DNA of 64,000 bases, taken from the NCBI GenBank assembly GCA_017992605.1, contig JAGOOG010000003.1:76161-140160 (forward strand). The letters run 5' to 3'. The position numbers were made by a program, and so were the translations under genes. Below the pieces are notes generated by a model that saw only the letters and a list, made by a program, of their open reading frames with translations, ran no database searches and was not told the DNA's origin. This DNA is from Deltaproteobacteria bacterium. GTDB taxonomy: Bacteria; Desulfobacterota; Desulfomonilia; UBA1062. Below are positions 28,867 through 37,548 of the stretch, piece after piece; within the stretch, counting starts at the first letter, position 1; every line of letters starts with the position of its first letter.

Positions 28867-30210
28867 ATGAAAAAGATCCTGGTGGTGGATGACGAGATCG
28901 GCATCCGCCAGTCACTCAAGAAGATCCTGGAGAAAGAGGGCTACGAGGTCTTGACCGCCTCGAACGGGGAGGAGGCGTTCAAGGTCATCCGCTCGGATGC
29001 CGTTGACCTGCTCATTTCGGACATCCGCATGGCAGGCATGGACGGCCTCGAACTCCTCAAGGTGTGCAAGTCGGTGTCACCTTACACCGAGGTGATCATG
29101 ATCACCGGGTACGCCTCGGTGGACACCGCGGTCGATTCCATGAAGCAGGGTGCCTACGACTACATAACCAAGCCATTCAAGAAGGCGGACATCGTCAAGG
29201 CCGTCCAGAAGGCCATCGAGAAACAGATCCTCACCATGGACAACGTCAAGATGAAGGAGCGCATCGAGGCCATGGAAGCGGCGCCACTCATAGAAACGGC
29301 GAGCCCTGCCATGAAGAAGCTCGTGGAGATCGTGCATCAGGTTGCGCCCAGCAAGGCGACGGTCCTCATCATGGGCGAATCGGGCACGGGCAAGGAAGTC
29401 ATCGCCGACATGATCCACAAGCTCTCCCCCCGTGCAGGCAGGGCCATGGTCAAGGTCAACTGCGCGGCCATCCCGGAGACTCTCATCGAATCGGAGCTCT
29501 TCGGGTACGAGAAAGGCGCCTTCACCGGTGCCGCTGGAAGGAAGGAAGGCCGTTTCGAGGTAGCGGACAGGTCGAGCATCTTCCTCGACGAGGTCGGGGA
29601 GGTGCCCCAGGCCGTGCAGGTGAAACTGCTGCGCATCCTGCAGGAAGAGACCTTCGAGAGGCTCGGCAGCAACAAGACCGTCAAGGTGGACACGCGCATC
29701 ATTGCGGCCACCAACAAGAACCTTGCCGCACTGGTCAAGGACGGCCAGTTCCGTGAAGACCTCTACTGGAGGCTCAACGTCATCACCCTGCAGATCCCTC
29801 CGCTGAGGGAGCGCAGGGAGGACATCCCCAACCTGGTTCAGCACTTCATCAACCGCTTCTCCCGCAAAAACGAGAAGGAGATGAAGGGCCTCGAGTCGAA
29901 GGCCATGGAGGTCCTGCTGGGCTATGGTTGGCCGGGCAACGTGCGCGAGCTCGAGAACGTCATCGAGCGCAGCGTCGTCCTTGACCGCGACGGCATCATT
30001 GGTACCGACGACCTGCCGGCCCAGATCCAGTCGGCCAGCATTCCCGCCATGGAATCGGTCACCATCCCCCTGGGCACGCCCCTGGAAGAGGTCGAGCGCA
30101 TCCTGATGGAAGAGACCCTGAAGCGCACCAAAGGCGACAAGGGCCTGGCATCCAAGCTGCTGGGCATCTCCACGAGGACGCTGTACCGGAAAATGGACAA
30201 GAAGGAATGA
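28867..30210 (+). CDS. sigma-54-dependent response regulator (NtrC family: REC-AAA+-Fis HTH)
   Basis: ILVVDDE, LLISDIRMAGMDG, GESGTGKEV, GAFTGA loop, and C-terminal ASKLLGISTRTLYRKM. The alternative GTG 28855 start cannot be excluded. Confidence 0.9.
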   Translation: MKKILVVDDEIGIRQSLKKILEKEGYEVLTASNGEEAFKVIRSDAVDLLISDIRMAGMDGLELLKVCKSVSPYTEVIMITGYASVDTAVDSMKQGAYDYITKPFKKADIVKAVQKAIEKQILTMDNVKMKERIEAMEAAPLIETASPAMKKLVEIVHQVAPSKATVLIMGESGTGKEVIADMIHKLSPRAGRAMVKVNCAAIPETLIESELFGYEKGAFTGAAGRKEGRFEVADRSSIFLDEVGEVPQAVQVKLLRILQEETFERLGSNKTVKVDTRIIAATNKNLAALVKDGQFREDLYWRLNVITLQIPPLRERREDIPNLVQHFINRFSRKNEKEMKGLESKAMEVLLGYGWPGNVRELENVIERSVVLDRDGIIGTDDLPAQIQSASIPAMESVTIPLGTPLEEVERILMEETLKRTKGDKGLASKLLGISTRTLYRKMDKKE

Positions 30211-30265
30211 CTCCCTTGATACAGGACTTCCCGGGACTTCCGCGATGCGTCGCTGGGGACCCTTG

Positions 30266-31630
30266 TCAGTTCTCTTTTCCGGGCATCAGATTGAACTTCC
30301 TGATCTTGTAATGCATGACCCGCCGGGAGATGCCGAGGATCTTTGCGGCATCCTTCTGGACCCAGTTCGACTTCTTGAGGGCATCGATGAGCATGGCTTT
30401 CTCGTGGGCCTCGAGCGGGTTGAGTCCTTCATCACTGGGGGGAGCGGCACTCCTGTCGAAGATACCCGACGGCAGGATGTCCTCAGGGGTGATGACGTTT
30501 CCCCTGCAGAGCACCACCGCGGACTGGATGATGTTTTTCAGCTCGCGTACGTTGCCGGGCCAGTGGTGTGACAGGAGCAGGTCCATGGCCTCCAGCGTGA
30601 ACCCGTTCACCTTCTTGCCGGCTTTCTCGCAGAACTCGGACAGGAAGATCTGGGACAAGCCGACGATGTCCTCCCTCCGCTCCCTCAGGGGCGGGATGGT
30701 GATGGTGATCACCCTGAGACGATAGAACAGGTCCTCCCGGAACTCTCCGCTGTCCACCTTTGCCCTGAGGTCCACGTTGGTTGCGGCGATCACCCGGATG
30801 TCCACGTGCCGCTGCTCCAGTTCACCCAGACGCCTGAATTCGCCGTTCTCGAGCACCCGCAAGAGCCTCGTCTGCAACTCGGGTGATATGTTCCCGATCT
30901 CATCCAGGAAGAGGGTCCCGCCGTCGGCCTCCTCTATGATGCCCTTCTTGTCCTTGACCGCTCCGGTATAGGCCCCTCGCTGATATCCGAACAGTTCCGC
31001 CTCGATGAGGGTAGGCGGAGTGGCACCGCAGTCCATCACCACGAGCTTACCGTCACGGCGTTTGCTCCCGTAGTGGAGCATGCGCGCGATGAGTTCCTTG
31101 CCCGTGCCCGACTCGCCCAGGACAAGGACCGTGGCGTCCGACCCGCTCACCTGGTGGACCAGGGAGATCACTTTCTTCATCTCGGGGCTCTCGGCATACA
31201 TGTGCTGCCCGATGGAATCATCGATCTCCCGCTCCAGATAGCGTACCCGCTGCTTGAGTCCTCGTTTTTCAAGCGCCTTCTCGATCTTGGCCGCCAGTTC
31301 CATCGGCTCGAAGGGCTTCACGAGGTAATCGTGCGCACCCTCCTTGATGGCCTGTACGGCCCCTTCAATCGATCCATAGGCGGTGAAGATGATGACTTCA
31401 ATGTCAGGGTCGATCTTCTTCGCCTCGGAAAGGACCTCCATGCCGTCCATATCCGGCATCTTGAGGTCCGTGATCAGGACGCTGAAATCTTCCTTCCTGA
31501 GCGCATCCAGGGCCTTGGGTGCCCTGGTGAATCCCACGGCATAGAATCCCATGGCCTCGAGCCGCGTCACCATGACTTCGACAATATCGGGTTCATCGTC
31601 GACGATGAGGATCTTGTGCTGGAGGCTCAT
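30266..31630 (-). CDS. sigma-54-dependent response regulator (NtrC family)
   Basis: ILIVDDEPD, LITDLKMPDMDG, GESGTGKEL, GAYTGA loop, and AAKILGISRRVMHYKIRKF HTH. Confidence 0.9.
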   Translation of the reverse strand: MSLQHKILIVDDEPDIVEVMVTRLEAMGFYAVGFTRAPKALDALRKEDFSVLITDLKMPDMDGMEVLSEAKKIDPDIEVIIFTAYGSIEGAVQAIKEGAHDYLVKPFEPMELAAKIEKALEKRGLKQRVRYLEREIDDSIGQHMYAESPEMKKVISLVHQVSGSDATVLVLGESGTGKELIARMLHYGSKRRDGKLVVMDCGATPPTLIEAELFGYQRGAYTGAVKDKKGIIEEADGGTLFLDEIGNISPELQTRLLRVLENGEFRRLGELEQRHVDIRVIAATNVDLRAKVDSGEFREDLFYRLRVITITIPPLRERREDIVGLSQIFLSEFCEKAGKKVNGFTLEAMDLLLSHHWPGNVRELKNIIQSAVVLCRGNVITPEDILPSGIFDRSAAPPSDEGLNPLEAHEKAMLIDALKKSNWVQKDAAKILGISRRVMHYKIRKFNLMPGKEN

Positions 31631-32193
31631 TGCGTTCCTCTGCGCTTAACGGATTCGATGTGTATCTCCTCGAGCTTCTTCAGCTTGAAACTCAGATCCT
31701 CGACCTCCTTCTTGAGGCCTTCGCTTTCTTTCCTGGCCTGGTCCAGTTCTTTCCTGGCCTGGTCAAGGTTGCGGTTCAGTTCGTCATTGTCTTTCGCACA
31801 TTCTTTTGCCCTGGACGCGGTCTTGTCGAGACCTTCCATCTTCTCGACGAGCGTCAGCAGATACCCTGCCTCCACCCTGAGATAGTCAGGCGTGAAGGAG
31901 CTGTCCCTGGTCTCTGTCAGCACGGCCTTGACGGTCGCGTAGGAAAAATCGCCCTTGACCATGGATTCCATGACGAGGGCCATCCTGTGCCTGGCTACCA
32001 GCGAAGGGGGCAGCATCGGTTTCATTCCCCTGAGGCTCTCTTCCGGTGCCTTGCCCTGCGAAAGCCTGTGTTCCGCGGCATCAAGCTTCGTGGTGACCAG
32101 TTCCTTCGCACACCCCTGGAAAATCATCATGCACACGAGCGCAAGGGAGGCTGAAACCAAAGACACTGCCCTTCCCCACGATGCTCTGTGCAT
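31627..32193 (-). CDS. hypothetical lipoprotein with C-terminal coiled coil
   Basis: MHRASWGRAVSLVSASLALVCMMIFQGC (lipobox FQGC). GGAGGG lies 7 nt before ATG 32193. ATGA overlap with the activator start at 31630. Confidence 0.55.
   Translation of the reverse strand: MHRASWGRAVSLVSASLALVCMMIFQGCAKELVTTKLDAAEHRLSQGKAPEESLRGMKPMLPPSLVARHRMALVMESMVKGDFSYATVKAVLTETRDSSFTPDYLRVEAGYLLTLVEKMEGLDKTASRAKECAKDNDELNRNLDQARKELDQARKESEGLKKEVEDLSFKLKKLEEIHIESVKRRGTQ
31726..31767. repeat. 2 x 21-bp tandem direct repeat inside the lipoprotein coiled coil
   Basis: TTCTTTCCTGGCCTGGTCCAG / TTCTTTCCTGGCCTGGTCAAG with 1 mismatch. Encodes the duplicated heptad LDQARKE. Confidence 0.85.
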
Positions 32194-33583
32194 ACATCTT
32201 CCCTCCATGCGCATCCACTATCCCCCTGGAGATCGCAAGACCAAGGCCTATACCGCCATGTCCGCGGGTGTATCTTGACTGGTAGAATTTCTCAAAGATA
32301 CGGGGAAGATCCTCTTCGGGTATCCCCTTGCCGTGGTCTTCGACCTCTGTGACGACATATCCGTCGGAATTCTTCACCCTGATCTCTACCATGGCTCCTT
32401 CGGGTGAGTACTTGATGGCATTGTGCGTGAGGTTTGTCAAGACTTGCAGGATCTTGTTCCTGTCCGCCATGACCTCGCAGCTTTGGACATCATAGTCCAC
32501 CCTGATATCAACACTCCCGGCGTCAGCTATGGGCCTGATCTCGGATATGAATGAAGCCGTCACCGCATTCATGTCACAGACTTCCTTGTTCAGCCTGACC
32601 ATGCCGCTCTCGATCCGAGACATGTCGAGCAGTTCGGAAACCGTGTGGAGGAGTCTCCTGATGCCCTGATCCATGATCTCCACGAGCCGTCTCTGCTTGT
32701 CGGAAAGTGCGCCGGCAAGACCTTCCAGGAGCAGGCTTGCCGCCTCTTTCATGGAGGTGAGCGGTGTCTTGAGCTCATGGGACACCACCGAGATGAACTC
32801 GGACTTCATGTCGTCGAGTTCCTTGAGCCGCAGTGCCATGTTGTTGAATGAATCTGCAAGCATACCGAGCTCATCCCTGGTTTCTAGGTTGATGCGGTAG
32901 GAAAAATCACCATCGGCTATGTGCTTGATGCCCCCCTTGATCCGTTTGAGGTCCCGGGTGACACTGCTGTAGATGAGGATGGGCACGATCAGGCCAACGG
33001 AGAGCCCGACGGCCAGCGCCCACCAGGTCCATGCCATGATCTGATCTCCCAGGTCCTTCAGGTAGGCTATGTGATTGCGGAGCTGGTCGACTGCTTCCCG
33101 GTTGATATAGCGCGCGACACCGACAATGTCGTCGATTTCGGTACTGTTTCTCGCAAAGATCTTTTCCAGCTCCTCGGGCTTGTTCGGGAGCTGCTCCAGC
33201 TGGGAGTGAAGCCTGCTCACATAGGCCATCCACAGGCCCTTCCCGTTCTCCACCATGTTCAGCTCGGTTTCGTCGTAATACACGCCCCGGGCGCCAAGAT
33301 TCTCCCAGGCCTGGGAGATATCGCTCTCCTGCTGTTCGAGTATGGAGCGGTAGGAGTCGGTCTGGAGAAGCATATACTGCTTGCCAGTCTCTTCGATGGA
33401 GATGAGGTTGGCCAACAGCTTGTCGGTGATCTCCTTCTTCTTGTAATCCACCAGGTAGATCTTCGTGGAGAGCGTGCTCACCCGGGAGGAAACCACGAAG
33501 AGCACCAGCGTTATTCCGAACAGGACCACCACGAACACCACGTAGGTGAGGATCAGCTTCTGGAGAAGGCCTGGTTTTTTCAT
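32081..33583 (-). CDS. sensor histidine kinase (2 TM-HAMP-HisKA-HATPase)
   Basis: TM helices LILTYVVFVVVLFGITLVLFVV and WWALAVGLSVGLIVPILIY, H-box VVSHELKTPLTS, then DHGKGIP and GIGLGLA. ATG 33583 preferred to GTG 33601. Confidence 0.9.
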   Translation of the reverse strand: MKKPGLLQKLILTYVVFVVVLFGITLVLFVVSSRVSTLSTKIYLVDYKKKEITDKLLANLISIEETGKQYMLLQTDSYRSILEQQESDISQAWENLGARGVYYDETELNMVENGKGLWMAYVSRLHSQLEQLPNKPEELEKIFARNSTEIDDIVGVARYINREAVDQLRNHIAYLKDLGDQIMAWTWWALAVGLSVGLIVPILIYSSVTRDLKRIKGGIKHIADGDFSYRINLETRDELGMLADSFNNMALRLKELDDMKSEFISVVSHELKTPLTSMKEAASLLLEGLAGALSDKQRRLVEIMDQGIRRLLHTVSELLDMSRIESGMVRLNKEVCDMNAVTASFISEIRPIADAGSVDIRVDYDVQSCEVMADRNKILQVLTNLTHNAIKYSPEGAMVEIRVKNSDGYVVTEVEDHGKGIPEEDLPRIFEKFYQSRYTRGHGGIGLGLAISRGIVDAHGGKMYAQSIVGKGSVFGFSLPCARVHDDFPGVCEGTGHHEA

Positions 33584-33585
33584 GC

Positions 33586-33612
33586 TCAAGATTATAGACA
33601 CCTCTCCGATAG
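33586..33612 (+). promoter_or_regulatory. weak sigma-28 (FliA)-like promoter TCAA-15 nt-TCCGATAG
   Basis: Compared with the consensus TAAA-N15-GCCGATAA. Lies 23 nt upstream of ATG 33636, with GGGGAGAG as the RBS. Confidence 0.25.
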
Positions 33613-33635
33613 GTCTTCAAGGGGAGAGATTGCAC

Positions 33636-33965
33636 ATGTCATCCATGCTCCTTTCATCACTGAAGGCCCACGAAATCATGCAGGACAACGCGTCTTCGAA
33701 CATCGCCAACATGAACACCCCCGGCTACAGGGCACTGCGTACCTCCTTCACGCTCTCGCTGGACGGCTCGGTCGATGTCACCACCATCCGGTCAGACGAT
33801 CCCGCCCCCCTTGAAATGGAGGGAACCGTGCAGTCAAGTGTGGATCCTGCCAGAGAATTTGTCGACATGATACGGGCGAGGTCGGGTTTCGAGGCGGTGC
33901 TGAACGCCATCAGCACCCGCGAGAAGATGCTCGACAGCCTCATGGACGTCCTGGACAGGGAATGA
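33636..33965 (+). CDS. flagellar basal-body rod protein-like (FlgC/FlgB-like), short orphan copy
   Basis: SSNIANMNTPGYR matches the rod-protein N-terminal signature (N-[LIVM]-[AS]-N-x2-[TS]-x-G-[FY]-[KR]). The C-terminus VDPAREFVDMIRARSGFEAVLNAI resembles the FlgC C-terminal helix. 109 aa. Confidence 0.65.
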   Translation: MSSMLLSSLKAHEIMQDNASSNIANMNTPGYRALRTSFTLSLDGSVDVTTIRSDDPAPLEMEGTVQSSVDPAREFVDMIRARSGFEAVLNAISTREKMLDSLMDVLDRE

Positions 33966-33993
33966 ACCATCCGACCCTGTGAAGGTCGTACCT

Positions 33994-34022
33994 TTGACAT
34001 CAATGTAAAAGTTTTGTAAAAC
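33994..34022 (+). promoter_or_regulatory. sigma-70-like promoter TTGACA-17 nt-TAAAAC placed for a leaderless mRNA
   Basis: -35 at 33994-33999 and -10 at 34017-34022. ATG 34030 is 7 nt after the -10, and there is no Shine-Dalgarno sequence. Confidence 0.45.
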
Positions 34023-34029
34023 CCTGACC

Positions 34030-34467
34030 ATGTACTGGTCTGTTCGGACAGCGCTCGGGTCATATCTCTCCATCATGGCAGCGATCATCCCTGTGGTGAT
34101 CATATCCCTGTTCAGCAAGACAGGTGACCTGCCGCATGTCATCGCCAGATACTGGGCGAGGTTTTCCCTCCTCTGTGCGGGATGCAGGGTCGTGCTCCGG
34201 GGCGAAGAGAACATACCCGGCGGCCCTGCGGTCTACATGCCCAATCACGTGAGCCACTTCGATGTATTCGCAATCCTCGGCCACCTGAACGTCCAGTTCC
34301 GCTGGACGGTCAACGGTACACGCGACATCCTGCAGAAACACGGCTTCCGGGTGAAACCGGGAACCATCACCCTGGTCATCGGGAAGCCCGTATATCCAGA
34401 GGGACACGATGCGGCCTCGCTCATGGAAGAGGTGTACAAGTCCATAAAACTTGGCTATAGTTACTAG
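34030..34467 (+). CDS. short or degenerate PlsC-family acyltransferase (membrane anchor + HX4D block only)
   Basis: N-terminal TM helix, then PNHVSHFD (HX4D). Only 145 aa. The segment normally carrying the FPEGTR block appears deleted (HLNVQFRWTVNGTRDIL). Still an intact ORF. Confidence 0.6.
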   Translation: MYWSVRTALGSYLSIMAAIIPVVIISLFSKTGDLPHVIARYWARFSLLCAGCRVVLRGEENIPGGPAVYMPNHVSHFDVFAILGHLNVQFRWTVNGTRDILQKHGFRVKPGTITLVIGKPVYPEGHDAASLMEEVYKSIKLGYSY

Positions 34468-34470
34468 CCG

Positions 34471-35733
34471 ATGATTGGTGATCTGCTCTACAGGTGTCCC
34501 TCGTGCGGTACGTTCGACTGGCTGGAGCATGATCACTGCGTCTCCTGCAAGACACGCTTCCGCATGGTCTCCCGGTCCCTCGCCGAGATGGGTGGCGAGG
34601 TACGTCCCCTGTCGGACTGGTACAGGAAGATCCTGCGTTTCCCGATGCCCGTGGCCGAAGACGGGGCCATCATAACGAGCAATCAGGTACGGCTCTCCCG
34701 CGAGGCCCAGGAGGGAATGTACAGGGGTTTCGCGGGGATAACAGCCTATCACTACACCAGGGCCCCCGTAGACACCGGCGTCCTGACACTCCACAGGGAG
34801 GGGCTGAAGTTCTCAGGCGCCATGGGCAGCATCGACGTGCCCTTTTCCGACCTGAGGGGCGCCACCATCGAATCGAACACCGTCATCATCATCAGCGCCA
34901 GGCATGGCCCCCTGTTCTATGACTTCCTCGAGGAGTCGGGCAAGAAATGGGAGGACTTCATAAGGAAATCGCTCCAGAACCGTCATGCCACCGAGGAGAT
35001 CGTGGAGTTCTATCCACGCATACGGTTTCGCTCCTCGCTGCGCGAGATACCTGCCAGGGCGGCCGGTCACATGAATCTCCGGGTCCCCGACAGAACGTGG
35101 TACAGGAGGGACGCAAGTCCGCTCCCGGTGATCCTGAAGCCGCTGGCCAGGTCCATCCTGAAGACACTCCTCACCGTCGAGATCGACGGGCTGGAGAACA
35201 TTCCCCGGACAGGCCCCGCCGTCCTGCTTCCCAACCACACGTCGTTCCTGGATTCGGTGATCCTGGGGTTCTTCACCCAGCGCAACATCTGGTTCATGGC
35301 AAAGAACTCCGAATACCGCCATTCCTTCATGAAGTGGTTTCTCCGCCATGCCAGTTCCTTTCCGGTGAGGAGGTACACCATCGACGTCCTAGCCGTGCGG
35401 AATGCCATTCGCGTGGTTCAGCACGGGCACGTCATGGGGATCTTTCCGGAAGGCGAGCGGACCTGGGACGGCGAGCTGCTGCCGCTTCGCATAGGGACCG
35501 TCCGCCTCCTCCTGGCCCTGGGCGTGCCGGTCGTTCCTGTCGGCATAACCGGGGCATACGAGCTCATGCCGAGATGGACGTCATCCATCAAGCGTGTGCC
35601 CGTCAGGTACGCCATCGGGAAACCCCTCGCCCTGCCCCACAAACCCGCACCGAAACAGACGAGGGCCGACATCGAGGCTGCATCGAACCTGCTTCGTTCA
35701 GAGATTGAATGCCTCACCGGGGGGAAGATATGA
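34471..35733 (+). CDS. zinc-ribbon + unknown domain + PlsC-type acyltransferase
   Basis: N-terminal CPSCG...CVSC, then LPNHTSFLDS (HX4D), IFPEGERTWDG and VPVVPVGITG blocks. Starts 3 nt after the preceding stop codon. Confidence 0.8.
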   Translation: MIGDLLYRCPSCGTFDWLEHDHCVSCKTRFRMVSRSLAEMGGEVRPLSDWYRKILRFPMPVAEDGAIITSNQVRLSREAQEGMYRGFAGITAYHYTRAPVDTGVLTLHREGLKFSGAMGSIDVPFSDLRGATIESNTVIIISARHGPLFYDFLEESGKKWEDFIRKSLQNRHATEEIVEFYPRIRFRSSLREIPARAAGHMNLRVPDRTWYRRDASPLPVILKPLARSILKTLLTVEIDGLENIPRTGPAVLLPNHTSFLDSVILGFFTQRNIWFMAKNSEYRHSFMKWFLRHASSFPVRRYTIDVLAVRNAIRVVQHGHVMGIFPEGERTWDGELLPLRIGTVRLLLALGVPVVPVGITGAYELMPRWTSSIKRVPVRYAIGKPLALPHKPAPKQTRADIEAASNLLRSEIECLTGGKI

Positions 35734-37346
35734 GCGCTGTCAAGGTCATCCCGCTGGGAGGCGTGAGGGAGTTCGGTCTCAATTCCATGGCAATCGAGAC
35801 CGGCAGCGGCTCCATCCTTGTGGACACAGGCATCATGTTCCCGAAATACAATCTCACGGGCATCGACCAGATCATCCCGGATTTCTCCCATGTGGTGGAG
35901 AACCAGGAGGCCTTCCAGGGCATCATCCTGACCCACGGTCACGAGGACCACATCGGTGCGCTGCCCTACCTCCTGAAAGCCGCTCCCATCCCCGTGTACG
36001 GCCATCCCTTCACCCTGGAGCTCGCCAAGCGCAAACTCAGGGAATATGAGATGAACGGTCACCTCAGGCTCGTGCCGGTCCACGCAGGACAGACCATCAC
36101 GCTTGCAGGCATGGACATCGAGTTCGTAGAGGTGCAGCATTCGACCATCGGGTGCTTTTGCCTCAACATGATGACGCACCAGGGACGCATCGTCCACTCG
36201 GGGGACTTCCGTGTCGTCCCTCCGGCATTCCGCACGCTTGCATCCCCGGTCCAGCTCTTCATCTGCGAGAGCACCAATGCCGAGGTGGATCCCCGGTGTG
36301 CCGAAGAGGAAAGGGTCATGAAGAGTATCGACGCCATCATCAAGCAGACCGACGGCGCGGTGCTCGTCTCGACCTTCTCGAGTCACGTGAAGCGCATCCA
36401 GATGCTCTACGAGCTGGCCGTACAGAACAGCAGAAAAGTCACCATCATCGGGAGAAGCATCAACCAGGTGGTGGACATAGCCTCCGATCTCGGCGTCCTC
36501 GAACTCGATCCGCGCGACCTCATCAAGCCGGAAGAGATCACCACCGTCGACCGGAGCAGGCTCATGATCATCTGTACCGGGACCCAGGGCGAGATGTACT
36601 CGGTCCTCTCGCTTATAGCGAGGGGTTGGCACAAGTTCAAGGCCAGGGCGGGAGACAGCGTCATCATATCGGCCCGCATCATCCCGGGCAACGAGACAGC
36701 CATAGCCCGCTGCATAGACCAGCTCATCGATTTCGGTGCCCGGGTCTACTATCCCGACACGGCGGATGTGCATGCCACCGGACACGCCACCCACAGCGAG
36801 ATCCTGGAGGCGGTGAGGGTGCTCAACCCGCGGATCATCATGCCGATCCACGGTGAACTGCGCCACATGAAGGCCCTGGCTGACATGGTTCGGAGCTCGC
36901 TCGACGTGGATCCCGAGATCGTCCTGGCCAGGCCTGGTCAGATCTGGTCCCTCACGGAGACGGGCATGGAGGTCACCGGAGAAGCCACTCACGGAAAATG
37001 CTTCGTGGACGGAGAACTGACCGGCAACATACACGACATTGTCCTGCGTGATCGCAGGCACATCTCCGAGGGAGGACTCGTCATCGTTTTTATCGTGGTC
37101 GATTCCGCCCGCTCCGAAGTGGCACTGGGCCCTGACATCATGTGCAAGGGGGTCGTCCCTGCAAGCATGGAGCAGGAAATCGTCGACGACATCAGGAAAA
37201 ACTCCCTGCAGGTCCTTGACATGTGCCTTGTCAAGGATACGGACACCCAGGTCTTGCAGAACCGCATGCGGGAATCACTGGGGACCGCGCTCAAGTCGAA
37301 ACTCGGCAAGAAACCGATGATCATCCCTATCATCATGGAGATGTGA
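35730..37346 (+). CDS. rnj: ribonuclease J (metallo-beta-lactamase/beta-CASP RNase)
   Basis: VIPLGGVREFGLNSM, THGHEDHIGALPY, and C-terminal RNase J domain. ATGA overlap with the upstream gene. Confidence 0.9.
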   Translation: MSAVKVIPLGGVREFGLNSMAIETGSGSILVDTGIMFPKYNLTGIDQIIPDFSHVVENQEAFQGIILTHGHEDHIGALPYLLKAAPIPVYGHPFTLELAKRKLREYEMNGHLRLVPVHAGQTITLAGMDIEFVEVQHSTIGCFCLNMMTHQGRIVHSGDFRVVPPAFRTLASPVQLFICESTNAEVDPRCAEEERVMKSIDAIIKQTDGAVLVSTFSSHVKRIQMLYELAVQNSRKVTIIGRSINQVVDIASDLGVLELDPRDLIKPEEITTVDRSRLMIICTGTQGEMYSVLSLIARGWHKFKARAGDSVIISARIIPGNETAIARCIDQLIDFGARVYYPDTADVHATGHATHSEILEAVRVLNPRIIMPIHGELRHMKALADMVRSSLDVDPEIVLARPGQIWSLTETGMEVTGEATHGKCFVDGELTGNIHDIVLRDRRHISEGGLVIVFIVVDSARSEVALGPDIMCKGVVPASMEQEIVDDIRKNSLQVLDMCLVKDTDTQVLQNRMRESLGTALKSKLGKKPMIIPIIMEM

Positions 37347-37548
37347 CTGCCGTATATCATCACCCTGACGGTGTTCTGCTCCTTCGGGGGGGCATCATGC
37401 GGCGAGGTACCCGGGCGAGCTCCTGATGGGTTTGATTTCTCCGAGATTTCTGGTATGGACGGTACAAATGACATCATGTTCATATGTCTTGTGTGGTGAC
37501 GGCCGGCAGGCATCGCCTGAGCGGCCCTGAGACAAGGAAGGTTCATAC

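Noticed and set aside
35418-37061. 547-aa minus-strand ORF opposite RNase J
   Set aside because: Shadow ORF. The plus-strand frame carries HGHEDH and the RNase J architecture.
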